Source: Macrostomum lignano (Eukaryota). From it: a stretch of DNA of 64,000 bases. How positions within the stretch are numbered: position 1 is the stretch's first letter; every line of letters begins with the position of its first letter. The notes under the pieces were generated by a model. It saw only the letters and a list, made by a program, of their open reading frames with translations. It did no database searches and was not told the origin of the DNA. Position numbers and translations under genes: made by a program. The stretch covers positions 93,381 through 157,380 of the forward strand of contig NIVC01002604.1 of assembly GCA_002269645.1 (NCBI GenBank), written 5' to 3'. This document shows, piece by piece, positions 50,706-61,170 of the stretch.

Positions 50706-51324
50706 CCATTACCGTACATACAGCTCACGTCTTTGATCACGTGAATTCATAGCCAATTTAATAAAGAATGAAATCTTATCGCACTTGCAGCAACCAACCA
50801 AGTTAATTTGGCAGCGAACTGTCTCACCCGAGCTAAAAGATAAGATCTAAATCAAATATTCCAAGGCGAAACCAGAACTGCTCACCCGAGGCCCTGGGCA
50901 GTTGAAAAAGCCTCAAAGCTATTCTCAATCCCGCCTTGGCGATAACAAGCGGAGCAGGAGCAAACCACTCCCTCTGTTGTTCTTCGGCCGAGCGCCTGCT
51001 GCCTTCCTCCTCCTCCATTAGCAAGCGCGAAACTCCAGCAGGCCCGTTTGGCAGCCAGCCAGCCACTGTTTGTTTGAGTTTTTAGAGGCTGAATGGACCA
51101 CCACAGGAACAGGCCAGTTGCCGGTTGTGGGAGTTGAGGCAGCTCAAACAAACTAGAAGGACCAGCGTTCGGTTTTAAAACTTTAAAACTGCGGAGAAAT
51201 CTAATTTGAATTATTAATTAGGGGAAAGTGAGTCGAACACTCACTTTATGTGACAGATGGTACTAAAGTAGAAAGAAAGTGACGCCAAAAATTAGTGCTA
51301 AATTGGCGCTAACAAATAGCATTC

Positions 51325-51950
51325 TAAGTGGCGCCAACAATTAGCGTCAAAACGGCGCCAACAATCGGCGTCAAAATTAGCGCCAACAATTAGCGTCAGA
51401 ATGGCGCCAACAAATAGCGTCAAAATTAGCGCCAATAACCAGAATCAAAATGGTGCCAACAATTAGCGTTGGAATGGCGCCAATAATTAGTGTCATAATT
51501 AGCGCCAACAATTAGCATCAAAGAGGCGCCAACAATTAGTGTCAAAATTAGCACCAACAATTAGAGTCAGAATGGCGACAACAATTAGCGTCAAAAGAGT
51601 ACCAACAATTATCACTGAAGTGGCGCCAACAATTATCATTGAAGTGGCGCCAACAATTAGCTTCAAAAAGGCGCCAACAATTTGCCTTAAAAAGGCGCCA
51701 ACAATTAGAGTCAGAATGGCGACAACAATTAGCGTCAAAAGAGTACCAACAATTATCATTGAAGTGGCGCCAACAATTATCATTGAAGTGGCGCCAACAA
51801 TTAGCTTCAAAAAGGCGCCAACAATTTGCCTTAAAAAGGCGCCAACAATTAGCTTCAAAAAGGCGCCAACAATTAGCCTAAAAAGGCGCCAACAATTAGC
51901 ATTGAAGTGGCGCCAACAATTAGCCTAAAAAGGCGCCAACAATTAGTCTC
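51325..51950. repeat. About 24-bp minisatellite with GGCGCCAACAATTAGC core
   Basis: Visible variant units with higher-order blocks. Confidence 0.9.
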
Positions 51951-52315
51951 AAAGGAGCACTAACGAGTGTGCCAAATTTAGCGCTAAAAACTGCGCCTAA
52001 AGTACGTGACGAGGGGGGGGCGCGGCACAGTAGACTGGCGCAAAATTCTTGGTCAGAGATGAGCGCCATGATTAAAACTATCTCGATAGATTTTATGAAC
52101 AAAGCTTTGTGAACTGTAGACCAGGACGCAGTTTTACTCATTTAAGTCTGTTGAAAAAAAAAATTGAAAAAGAAAATCAGAATGAGTTCAGCTGCAAATT
52201 GGCAACTAAAAAGCTGTATATTTTGTTTGCGCCAGGGTTGCGTTAGAAATGAATGTTTTATTTCGGCGGCTAACTGGAAAACTCGGAACACGCTGGGCGC
52301 AAGTATTGGTGGCCC

Positions 52316-53434
52316 TCAGCTCGAGTCGCAGCTGTGGAACACCTCGCTGGCGAGGCGCCGCATGAGCTCGGGCGACACGCGGACCTCCTCTGGCTGGACG
52401 GATTCGGCCGCCTGAGCCAAGAGGCCGCCGCCGCCGCCGCCGTCCGAGAATCGCAGCCGCTCCCTCAGCAGCGCCGGCGCCACACACGACGACTCCGTTG
52501 AGCAGCCGCCACCGACTGGCACGGAGCGAAGAGGCAGCGAGCGGCGTCGGCGAGGATGCCACCGACTGTCGCGGCGACCGCCGCCGAGAGCGCCGAAATT
52601 CGAAGCTGCGGCGGCAGCGGCTGCTGCAGTTGCCAGCGCGGCGGCTCGTCGACGCCGGAAAAGTCGCCAGGTGTCTCTGCGCATTCGCTCGCCCCAGTTC
52701 ATGCCGGCGGCAGCGGCAGCGGTGGCAGCGGCGGGTATAGCATCGTCGACGATGAATTCCACGAAGTCGTCGTTGGTTGCCGCTGGCCAGGGCACCGCGC
52801 CGGCGGCGGACTCGTCGCTAGACTGCGTCTCCTCCACGACCACTGCCTCTTCGGCTTCAGCTTCTTCAACGGCGCGCACCTCCTCAAAGGCGTCTTCGGC
52901 TTCGTCCAGTGCGATTTCAGCCTCGCTGTCGTCGTCGCCTTCAAAATCGTTGAAATCGTCCGTTGTCGATGCGCCCAGCCTGTCGGCGTCGTTGAGCCCG
53001 GCGGAGGCGGAGGCCTCGTCGTCGGCGTCCTGCGCGGACTCGTCGGACGACGCCAGATCGCGTAGCGAGCGCGGCAGCTGGCGCCGGCGTGCAGCCAGTC
53101 GGCGCGCGATTCGTCGATGCTGCAGCAGCGAGGCCGCCGAAGCAGCCGAAGGCGGCCGAGGCGCAGCCGGCAAAGTCAAGCGCTGAGCGATTCGACGAAC
53201 AGTGGCGGACTTCGATGTCGCCGCCGGCTGAGCGGTGGTCACCATGGCGGATTCGGCGGTCACGGCGGCGACGCTCGACACGATGGCGGCGGAGACGGCA
53301 GCAGACTGCAGAGTGTGCTGCCAGCCGTCCGCGGCGCCGCCGGAACCTTGAGCAGCCGTAGTGCTGTTGTGTGGCGAGCTGCTGGACGATTCAGAATCCT
53401 CTGTGCTGTCCGTGCGAGTTCGGCGCCGCTGCAT
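52316..53434 (-). CDS. Intronless low-complexity (Ala/Arg/acidic) protein of unknown function, 372 aa
   Basis: GC-rich ORF from ATG 53434 (MQRRRTRTD), CCAAT motifs just upstream, AATAAA about 55 nt after the stop. No recognisable domain. Confidence 0.6.
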   Translation of the reverse strand: MQRRRTRTDSTEDSESSSSSPHNSTTAAQGSGGAADGWQHTLQSAAVSAAIVSSVAAVTAESAMVTTAQPAATSKSATVRRIAQRLTLPAAPRPPSAASAASLLQHRRIARRLAARRRQLPRSLRDLASSDESAQDADDEASASAGLNDADRLGASTTDDFNDFEGDDDSEAEIALDEAEDAFEEVRAVEEAEAEEAVVVEETQSSDESAAGAVPWPAATNDDFVEFIVDDAIPAAATAAAAAGMNWGERMRRDTWRLFRRRRAAALATAAAAAAAASNFGALGGGRRDSRWHPRRRRSLPLRSVPVGGGCSTESSCVAPALLRERLRFSDGGGGGGLLAQAAESVQPEEVRVSPELMRRLASEVFHSCDSS

Positions 53435-54450
53435 CGAGTGGCCGGCTGCTGCACGCACCCCCAATTATGTGATTTATTGGGCCGCTAGTTGGTGAAACAT
53501 TTTCCGCCGGCAGCTTGCAGAATTGTTAAATAACTTAAAGACTCTTTATAGCTCGTAGCAAATTGCTGGTGTTCTCAGCTCCCCTAAATTCACTGGCATT
53601 TGTTGTCTATGGTGAAAGGTTAAATTTAGCTTCAATTTGTCATCATTGGGGCAGAGCGCAGATACTTAGCGAGAATAAATGGATGGGCTACTCAGCACAT
53701 TTATGTCCAAGCTACTTACAGTTCAGTAGTAAGTTAAACAGAAGCATTTTAATGTATTTTTAAAGCCTCACTTATTGGCTCTTACCCCCACCCCCAGCTT
53801 AAACCCTCCAACCCAGCCTTTCCACACTAACCCCTCGCCCCGCCCCCAATTTTTATTGCCTTTCTCGGAATTGCAGACTAAAGCTGCAATGTACATTTCA
53901 GCGTACATTATTGCTGAACCAATTAGCAAGCTGTTTACGCCTGCAACCTTGGCTCCTAAACTTATCAAAGTGGTTTCAGCTGGCTTTATTTTTATAAAAT
54001 AGCTTATGTATTCTTCTTTGCTACTGAACTGAAAGAAGAGAGCTATTTTAGTATAAGAAGCATACAAACCTTAGAGATTTAGTATATTTAGATATTCTAT
54101 GGGTTTGAGGTCGGTATGTGATTAAATCCCGAGAGCCGAAGGGTCGTTATTTGGGTCGTTGCAGACGAAGTAAGAATAGTATACTTTTTAGTCAATTTCT
54201 ACCACTCTCAAGACTTTAATTAGCCAAGAATACTGGTTAGGTTACTTGCTACACTACTTACACTAAGAGCATAGTTTTGATCATGCTCTGATCATGGAAA
54301 ATTATCATAGTTTTTTATTTAACAACTTATTTTACTAGAGGGATGTGTACGCAATATGCTACTGTCAATAGAACAAACGAAAAGGAAAGAAAATAGCTTG
54401 TAACAAAAAATCAACAAAAAACTATACACTAAATACGCCCGTAGGTCATG

Positions 54451-54487
<37 letters not shown>

Positions 54488-54781
54488 CAATAGTGAATGT
54501 CATCATCAAGTATTATATATATCCATTGTTTAATAGAGCACACGTAGCTACAGTCTCAGACCTGCAAGTCAGAGTATCTAAAGCCACACAAGTCAAAAAG
54601 GCGAGCACGTTTTCCAAACCAATTTTAACTGAAATTTTAAACAAAAAATCTAAGATTAATTGTCCATCTGCATCAAAGTTTAAAGAAATTCTGCGAAAAA
54701 AAAATTAATACCATTCCAAAGAACTGAAAGAGTATGACCTACTTTAATAGCAAGAAATAAATACGTCAATATCATAGGAAA

Positions 54782-57700
54782 TCACAAAACAGCCAACGAA
54801 GCTTTCAGCGGAAGCTGCTCCGATGCCTGCTGCTGCTGCTGCTGCTGTTGCAGCTGCTGTGCCGCATCAGAGAACAGGTAAACAACCATCAGACCATCCT
54901 GGCACAGTTGCACTACCCTCCGACAGCAGTTGATCTCCGTCTCGGTTGGGGCCTCGCGCGACTGTCGCAGAATCAACTCCCAGCCGGTGTTGCCAGCGAA
55001 GGTCTCCCAGAGTCCCTGGCCGTGGCACCACAGCAGCCGGTTGTACAGCTTCTCGAATAGACTGGCCAGATTGTCGGCCGCCGCGGCAACATCCGAGGCC
55101 GTCATGCGGAGCGCTTTGTCGAGCGCTATGCGCACATTTTGCCTGGCAATGTCGATCACTTTTCGGCGCTTGTCGGCGTCAAGGCTCAGGCGCCAGTAGC
55201 TGCTTACGTCGGCCTTTCTAGCGAGCCAGTTATCCTGCAGCTGGCGCAGCATCTGTTCGGCGGCGCGGTTCGACTTTCCAGGAAAGCGGATGCTCAACTC
55301 GTTAAGGAACTTCAGCGTTCGCTGAGCCAGCTGCTCGCGCTCGTTAGCCATCATCGACTCAGACGGATGTGGTTGCTTCTGCGCCGGGTCCTTCTGCTTT
55401 TCTTGACTTTTTCGCAGCGACTTTTTTGGTCCATCTTTCAAAGGAAGCCTTCCAGCAGCGGGCTTGCGACGACCTCCCGCCGCCTGGTCGTCGATCTCGG
55501 AGTCGGAGCCGCTGCTGCCCGCCTGACCATCGTCCATCAGCTGCTGGACCGTCTTGGAGCCGAGCTGGGCAAGCTTCTTGGCCACCTCATCCGTTTTGCT
55601 AGCGTTGAAGGTCTTGACCTCGCGGTGAAGAGCTTCCATCTGACTACCTTCAAGCAGGGCCGAGATAGCGTCCAGCATTACGGACACCAGCTTCTCTTGC
55701 TTGGTGGCATCATCGACTGGAAAGATGCAACGGAATCGCTGACAGATTCGCGTGTCGACATCCTTCATCCGGTCTTGTCGTTTCAGCCGCGCTAATAGCG
55801 CAGTGAGCTCCGTCACCTCCTTTTGCGCTGTCTTGGCTGGCACCTCCGGACTGTCGGCCGTCTGCTTAGCCGCTTTCCAATCGGCCGGGCTAAAATTTAG
55901 CAGCATCAGCGTCTCCTGCAGCAGTTGAAGCTTTACTTTCTCTTCTTCCGAGTTGTCGTAGTCGAAACTCGGCGATCGGTTGACCTCCATCAGCCAGGGT
56001 TTGAGGTCGGTGTCGAGCAGGATATCGAAGCCGAGCAGTTCAAAGCAGGCGGAGCCGCTCCCCGGACTCTCTGTCGGGCGGCACTGGCGGTAAGAACGGA
56101 CAACGTGCGGGTAGGCGGCGAACACTGTCTTGATGATTAGATCAACGATTCTGCGCCACACCAAGGCCACGTCGTATTTGTTCTGCTGCAGATAGCTGTT
56201 GAGAAACATCAGAGGTCGCTTCATGCCACTAACCTTGGCGCCTCTGCGGCGGGAGGCGGCGCCATACGTATCAGTCGGTCGATTCTGCTTGTTTACTGAG
56301 CAATTAGTCAGGTGGATGAAGTTCAGGTCTTCGTCAGCTTTGCATTTCTGTGGATCAACATAGGGCTCAGAGCTCATTCGAATGAAGCCATCGTTGAAGA
56401 GATAGATGCGCAGAGGATCGCAAGAGGACACCAGAACGTACAGACGCAGATCGAACTTAACGTTCTCAATCAAGAAGGGGTTGGACACATACTCTTGCAG
56501 TACGCACTGGCTTTCAACCGTCTGTGGAACCTCCTCAGCGGTCTTGTAGATTTTAATGCCTCTACCAGATGTGCCGTCAACCGGCTTGCAAATGTACGAT
56601 GGCTTCACTTCAGACTTTTGCTCTTGCGTGTGCTGGCGGAAATTGGCGAGTTGATCTGGCAGACACCAGGTTCTAGGAGCAAACTTGTACTCGCTTGGAT
56701 ACCGCTGGTTAAGCTTGCCCATGTTCTTCGCAAGCAGATCTTTGCGGCAGATCTCGGCCATCCCAGGAAAATGGTTCACCCTCTGAAACGGTTTCAACTG
56801 GGTCAGGCGCTCCATCGAAATGAAGGTGTCATTCCAGATTAGAAATGGCGTTTTAAAATCGTCTTTATTTGTCCTGACGAAGCCAATAAGCCTTGCCGCT
56901 GTTTCAACCAGTGCATAGCGAGTGCCAGCCAAATTAGCCGGGAGGGGCCGCTTCAGCTTGACAACGCGTAGCGAGTGTGTCTCGTAGCGGGAAAACTCGA
57001 ATTCAGTCGGGCCCTTAGACGCCCGATTTTCCGAGTCTTTGTCTTTGTCAGACATTCTGAACGATGACTTAAAACCATACGATTTTTTCTCAGCGGTTCT
57101 AGGCGGCGAAAGGTCCCGAGTGGAATTAGGACCAGCTTTGGGACCAGATCTCAAGTAGCTGGGCTCCTTCTTATTGCTTTTGCTATCGCTAAGGACGCTA
57201 CTTCGAGGAGATCGGCTGTCGTCCTTGGAGCTAGCTCTTGGTGATAGGCCTTTTTTCGTACTTTCTGGCTCCTGCTTGCGACCATCGAGACGCTTTGAAG
57301 CCGTTCCTGCCTTAGGCTGAGCCAAGTCAAGGCCTTTTGCACTGCGAGGGGAGAGCTCATCTCGAGAGCTCTTGCTAAAGGATCTAGATGGAGGGGACAG
57401 GCTTCTACCATCCTTGCCGGCAGGCTTGGGTCGCACCGGTGACTTAATAGGCTCTCGTTTAAACCCCTTTGTCCCGCTTGAACTCTCAGTCTCGGAATCA
57501 GAGGTTTCTACTCGTAGAGGCTTTTTCTTTTCTAAGGATGCTTGTTTAGGCGTTGTGACGGCTCTTTTGAATGTTCCAGACTTTGGCTGTTCCTTGTCGC
57601 CTTGAAATTTAGATTTTGGACCAGGTGTTTCATTGGACTGCAAGCCTTCTTTGCGCTGAAGACCGGGCCTGTATCCGGACTTTGGCCATGAACCAGCCTC

Positions 57701-59581
57701 CTCCCGTTTCTTTCGGTCGTCGTCTTTCAAATCATCCTGACGACGCGGTGAAAGACTGTCGCCAGTTCTATATGCCGGCATAGAAGTGCTCAGTGGAGGT
57801 GACATGTCTCGGGTAGCTAGATTTCTTGACCGCCGAAGGCTTAAGCCGTCTTCCCGTTTAGGCAGAGGCGATTCGTCGTCACTGCCTTTGTAGCGACTTT
57901 TTGAACTTAAAAGCAGGCCTGTCTGTCTCTGCGAAGTTGCCGAGTCTCTAGCATAGCTAGACCGCCTTGGAGACAGATTGTTCCCCAATGAAGATTGAAG
58001 AGGTGGCGATGAGGCTCCACTCCTCAAACCAGGAGCAGGTCGACGACGCGGATAATCTGACGCTTGCGGTTCGGAATCGTCCGTATCTTTATTTGTACTT
58101 CCTCGCCTTTTAAGGTCATCTTTATCGTCTTTGATAGGTTTTCTACGAACCAGAGATTCATCTTGCCTAAATCTAGAAGGCGGCGATTCACTGCGATCAT
58201 TCGGAGATTCCCTCTCCGAAGGTCTTCCAGGTCTTCGGAGTCTTCCAGGTCTCCGCAGGTCTTCCATTTCGGTTTTGCTGTTGTTGTCGCGTCGACGGTT
58301 TAGCGGTTCGTCGCGAAAAGATGACTTCAGAGGTGGCGAGCCGGATCTGAAATCTCGGTCCGTCCTTCGGCGAGAAGGTAACTCCTCGGAATCGCTGTTC
58401 TTACCAGACAAGTCTCTCCGACGATTGAATGGTAAAGAGCCACTTCGCTCGTCAGTATCGTTTCGTCGGCGCGGGGAGGATTCATTACGTGGCGACAATC
58501 TTGACGGAGGCGGCGACTGGTCCCGTCTACCGCTAGTTAAACTCAACCGAGGCTTGTCGCGAGCGGCAGATCTAGATGACGGAGAATCGTAGTCGTCTTC
58601 CATAATCTTTTTGCGTCGAGCTGGAATGCTGTCTTTGCTGCTCAGACTAGGGGATTCTTTCCATTTTTTGAGCGGCTCCTCAAAGCTTCCTTTTTGAGCG
58701 GTTGACCGAAGTGTTGGCGAGGCGCTGTCATCGCGGTTTTCCGGTTCGAGAGCTGCCCTGGGTGATCGGCGACGCATTGGGATATCTCTATCACGATCTG
58801 TTACTCCAATCTCCTTTCTGCGTCGAATCGAAGTTTCGTCACGAAGTGAAGACCTCGCTGGTGGCGAATCGTCGTCGCTAAGCTTGCTGTCAAGATTCCC
58901 TCCTCGAGTTAGGGACGAGCTTTTGTCAAGTAGGCTCGAACCCAGCCTACTACTTCGTGGTGGAATATCGAATTCACTTTTGTTAGTGTCGGCTTGCCTC
59001 CGGCTCGAAGACCAGTTGGGTTTGTCCCTTGTTCGACTCAGTCTAGCGTCGGAGTTTTCTGACGAAGAGTCATCCTTGACTCCCAGCCGCATGTTGTCCG
59101 TACTGTCGTAGTGTCGCGCTTGTTTGCCATCGCCCGCTGTCGGACGGCTGAGCGAGCGGCTGCTGCTTGCGCCGTCGACGGATCGAGTTGGCAAATTTTG
59201 GGACGATTTCTGCTCAGCGTTGCGACTACGTCGAGCCAATGACGATCCCGTAGGTCGCGGCGATCCGGGTCGCTTTTTGTCGGCGCTGTCTTCGATGGTG
59301 TTTTCATCGCGACGCAAGCCAGCTGAAGAAGCGGACGAACGCGGCTGATAGGACATAAAGCTGGCGTTCTTGTCGCGTTCCTCGTCGCTGTCGCTGACAC
59401 ACAGACGGTTGCGACTGCCGCCCGGTGCGGGGTGCTTCCGCTCGCTGCTGGCAGTGGAATCGAAGGTGCGACTGTTTCCGGGTGACTTGGACGGCGTCTC
59501 GGAGATAGGATTGAGTGGACTCGTTGGCTTTCCTAGGTACAGATTAGCCATTGAATCGTGTAGTCGAGCAAACCCGGCCAT
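54782..59581 (-). CDS. TTLL7: Tubulin polyglutamylase TTLL7 with about 860-aa R/S/D-rich N-terminal extension, intronless
   Basis: NHFPGM.EICRKD.LA.NM, QEY..NPFL, KFDLRLYVLV.SCDPL, HLTN.SVNK, CFELLGFDILLD..LKPWL.EVNRSPSF; TTLL7-specific C-terminus (IRFPGKS, SYW...LD, NRLLW.HGQGLW, CC.R.V.LC). Confidence 0.93.
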   Translation of the reverse strand: MAGFARLHDSMANLYLGKPTSPLNPISETPSKSPGNSRTFDSTASSERKHPAPGGSRNRLCVSDSDEERDKNASFMSYQPRSSASSAGLRRDENTIEDSADKKRPGSPRPTGSSLARRSRNAEQKSSQNLPTRSVDGASSSRSLSRPTAGDGKQARHYDSTDNMRLGVKDDSSSENSDARLSRTRDKPNWSSSRRQADTNKSEFDIPPRSSRLGSSLLDKSSSLTRGGNLDSKLSDDDSPPARSSLRDETSIRRRKEIGVTDRDRDIPMRRRSPRAALEPENRDDSASPTLRSTAQKGSFEEPLKKWKESPSLSSKDSIPARRKKIMEDDYDSPSSRSAARDKPRLSLTSGRRDQSPPPSRLSPRNESSPRRRNDTDERSGSLPFNRRRDLSGKNSDSEELPSRRRTDRDFRSGSPPLKSSFRDEPLNRRRDNNSKTEMEDLRRPGRLRRPGRPSERESPNDRSESPPSRFRQDESLVRRKPIKDDKDDLKRRGSTNKDTDDSEPQASDYPRRRPAPGLRSGASSPPLQSSLGNNLSPRRSSYARDSATSQRQTGLLLSSKSRYKGSDDESPLPKREDGLSLRRSRNLATRDMSPPLSTSMPAYRTGDSLSPRRQDDLKDDDRKKREEAGSWPKSGYRPGLQRKEGLQSNETPGPKSKFQGDKEQPKSGTFKRAVTTPKQASLEKKKPLRVETSDSETESSSGTKGFKREPIKSPVRPKPAGKDGRSLSPPSRSFSKSSRDELSPRSAKGLDLAQPKAGTASKRLDGRKQEPESTKKGLSPRASSKDDSRSPRSSVLSDSKSNKKEPSYLRSGPKAGPNSTRDLSPPRTAEKKSYGFKSSFRMSDKDKDSENRASKGPTEFEFSRYETHSLRVVKLKRPLPANLAGTRYALVETAARLIGFVRTNKDDFKTPFLIWNDTFISMERLTQLKPFQRVNHFPGMAEICRKDLLAKNMGKLNQRYPSEYKFAPRTWCLPDQLANFRQHTQEQKSEVKPSYICKPVDGTSGRGIKIYKTAEEVPQTVESQCVLQEYVSNPFLIENVKFDLRLYVLVSSCDPLRIYLFNDGFIRMSSEPYVDPQKCKADEDLNFIHLTNCSVNKQNRPTDTYGAASRRRGAKVSGMKRPLMFLNSYLQQNKYDVALVWRRIVDLIIKTVFAAYPHVVRSYRQCRPTESPGSGSACFELLGFDILLDTDLKPWLMEVNRSPSFDYDNSEEEKVKLQLLQETLMLLNFSPADWKAAKQTADSPEVPAKTAQKEVTELTALLARLKRQDRMKDVDTRICQRFRCIFPVDDATKQEKLVSVMLDAISALLEGSQMEALHREVKTFNASKTDEVAKKLAQLGSKTVQQLMDDGQAGSSGSDSEIDDQAAGGRRKPAAGRLPLKDGPKKSLRKSQEKQKDPAQKQPHPSESMMANEREQLAQRTLKFLNELSIRFPGKSNRAAEQMLRQLQDNWLARKADVSSYWRLSLDADKRRKVIDIARQNVRIALDKALRMTASDVAAAADNLASLFEKLYNRLLWCHGQGLWETFAGNTGWELILRQSREAPTETEINCCRRVVQLCQDGLMVVYLFSDAAQQLQQQQQQQQASEQLPLKASLAVL

Positions 59582-59761
59582 GTTTTTGGTCTATTAGGGC
59601 AGGGAAACCCGCCAGTGGTTGCTAAGCAGGATTAAACTAATTGATTTCACTTGAAAATCTTCTTTGCTTTTGCTAGAGCTAAACGCAAATTCCAGTGTTT
59701 TTCCTCTACTGCCTATATAAAATCCGACAGCTCTGCCTGCGCTTGCGTGCTTGGCGTGGCC

Positions 59762-59775
59762 GTCGCCCTGGCAAC
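59762..59775. promoter_or_regulatory. RFX X-box upstream of TTLL7
   Basis: GTCGCCCTGGCAAC, 180 bp upstream of the TTLL7 ATG; fits GTNRCC-N-RGYAAC. Confidence 0.65.
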
Positions 59776-60334
59776 ACGCGCCCATACACAGCACCGCAGC
59801 GAGGCCAGTGCGCAGTTTGCGTAGAAAAACTTCTCTACCCCCTCGCTAGCAATGCGCAATTCTGCGACTCGCACACAGCCGTGTAATTTAAAATTGGCAC
59901 ACAATTCAGTGTACAGTGGACTGTGGGTACAGTGTGCAGAATTCTCGTAAAATCTACCAAATAAGACGTTTTTGAGTAGTGCTTTTTTCAAACTTATGCA
60001 CCAAGGCATTTTCTTCAATTTCAAAAAAATGTTTACTCACCCCGAGTACTCAGCCTGCTTGAAATTAACGAAAACGGAGGCTTGAAAATTTATACGAAGT
60101 ATGCTAATCTATGTTAGGCCACATTTAGGGCTAAATATTGCGTCGCTGTATTGCTAAATATATTTTGACTGAAATAATAACACTGGCAGACCGATGGCCA
60201 GGACAATTATTCAGAAAAAGTGTACGCTCGATAGCTGGAAAATGTTCATCAATCAGAGCCAACAAGCCATTGGTTAAAATAACTTTTTACTGATATATGG
60301 GGAAGGCTGAAGACCACTCGGATGAGGATGAGGC

Positions 60335-60530
60335 GACTCCTATGGGACTGAAGGGCGACTGTTATGGGACTGGAGGGCAACTGTTATGGGACTGGAGGGC
60401 AACTGTTATGGGGCTGGAGGGCGACTCCTATGGGACTGGAGGGCGACTCTTTTAGGATTGGAGGGCCACTCTTATAGGACTGAAGGGCGACTCTTTTAGG
60501 ACTGGAGGGCGACTCTTTTGGGACTAGCTA
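60335..60530. repeat. 22-bp minisatellite downstream of RidA
   Basis: TATGGGACTGGAGGGCAACTGT-like, about 9 copies. Confidence 0.9.
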
Positions 60531-60659
60531 GAGGGGCGATTATTTTTTATGTTTGAATCTAAATGACGATTCCATTAAAGGTCAGATCGCAAACTTTATT
60601 GAAGGCTATGGAGGCGAGCTCTTCATGGTCTTTAGACTAATGATTGGGTTTTCGGACAG

Positions 60660-61109
60660 TCACAGCTTAGCCGAGGGCCTACTACTGCCGCTACTACTAT
60701 CAGTAGCCACCTCGGCCACGACAATAATTTCAACGCGTGCCCCGGCGGGCAAGTTGGACACCTGGTAACATTCCCTAGCCGGATAGGGCCGCTGAAAGAA
60801 TTCAGCGTAGACTGAATTGAAGCTCTGTGCGTCGCGAATGTCGGCTAGCAGGGCGGTGCACTTTAACACGCTGTTGTAGTCGACGCCTGCGGCGGCGAGA
60901 ACGGCGCCAACGTTGCGCAACGCCTGTCTAGCCTGGCTCTCGGTGTCCAGGCCGGCCAGCTGCCCGCTGTCGGGCAGGAAGCCGCACTGGCCCGACAGGA
61001 ACAGCAGGCGGCTGTTCGGCGATGACGTCATCACAGCCTGACTTAGCGGATTTTTTACGATTGGAGCATTTTTTGTCTCTATCACCTTTCTGCCGCTGTT
61101 GGCTGGCAT
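60660..61109 (-). CDS. RIDA: RidA/YjgF/UK114-family imine deaminase with C-terminal AKL
   Basis: SQAV, LFLSGQ, QARQAL.NV..VL.AAG, FNSVYAEFF...YPAR, LP.GARVEI. ATG at 61109 directly after a ttccag acceptor; probable 5' UTR donor near 61644. Confidence 0.92.
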   Translation of the reverse strand: MPANSGRKVIETKNAPIVKNPLSQAVMTSSPNSRLLFLSGQCGFLPDSGQLAGLDTESQARQALRNVGAVLAAAGVDYNSVLKCTALLADIRDAQSFNSVYAEFFQRPYPARECYQVSNLPAGARVEIIVVAEVATDSSSGSSRPSAKL

Positions 61110-61170
61110 GGCTGGAAGATGAAGATAGAGCCAACGGCAATCAAACACTGACACACTTGGAGTAATAGCT

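Noticed and set aside
49393-51928. SQSV and KRRQQLA-type ORFs
   Set aside because: Translations of (CAGT)n and the GGCGCC array.
54848-59597. Plus-strand and alternate-frame ORFs over TTLL7 (likewise over ADD exon 3, TMUB and 52.3-53.5 kb)
   Set aside because: Shadow ORFs of GC-rich coding sequence with no motifs.
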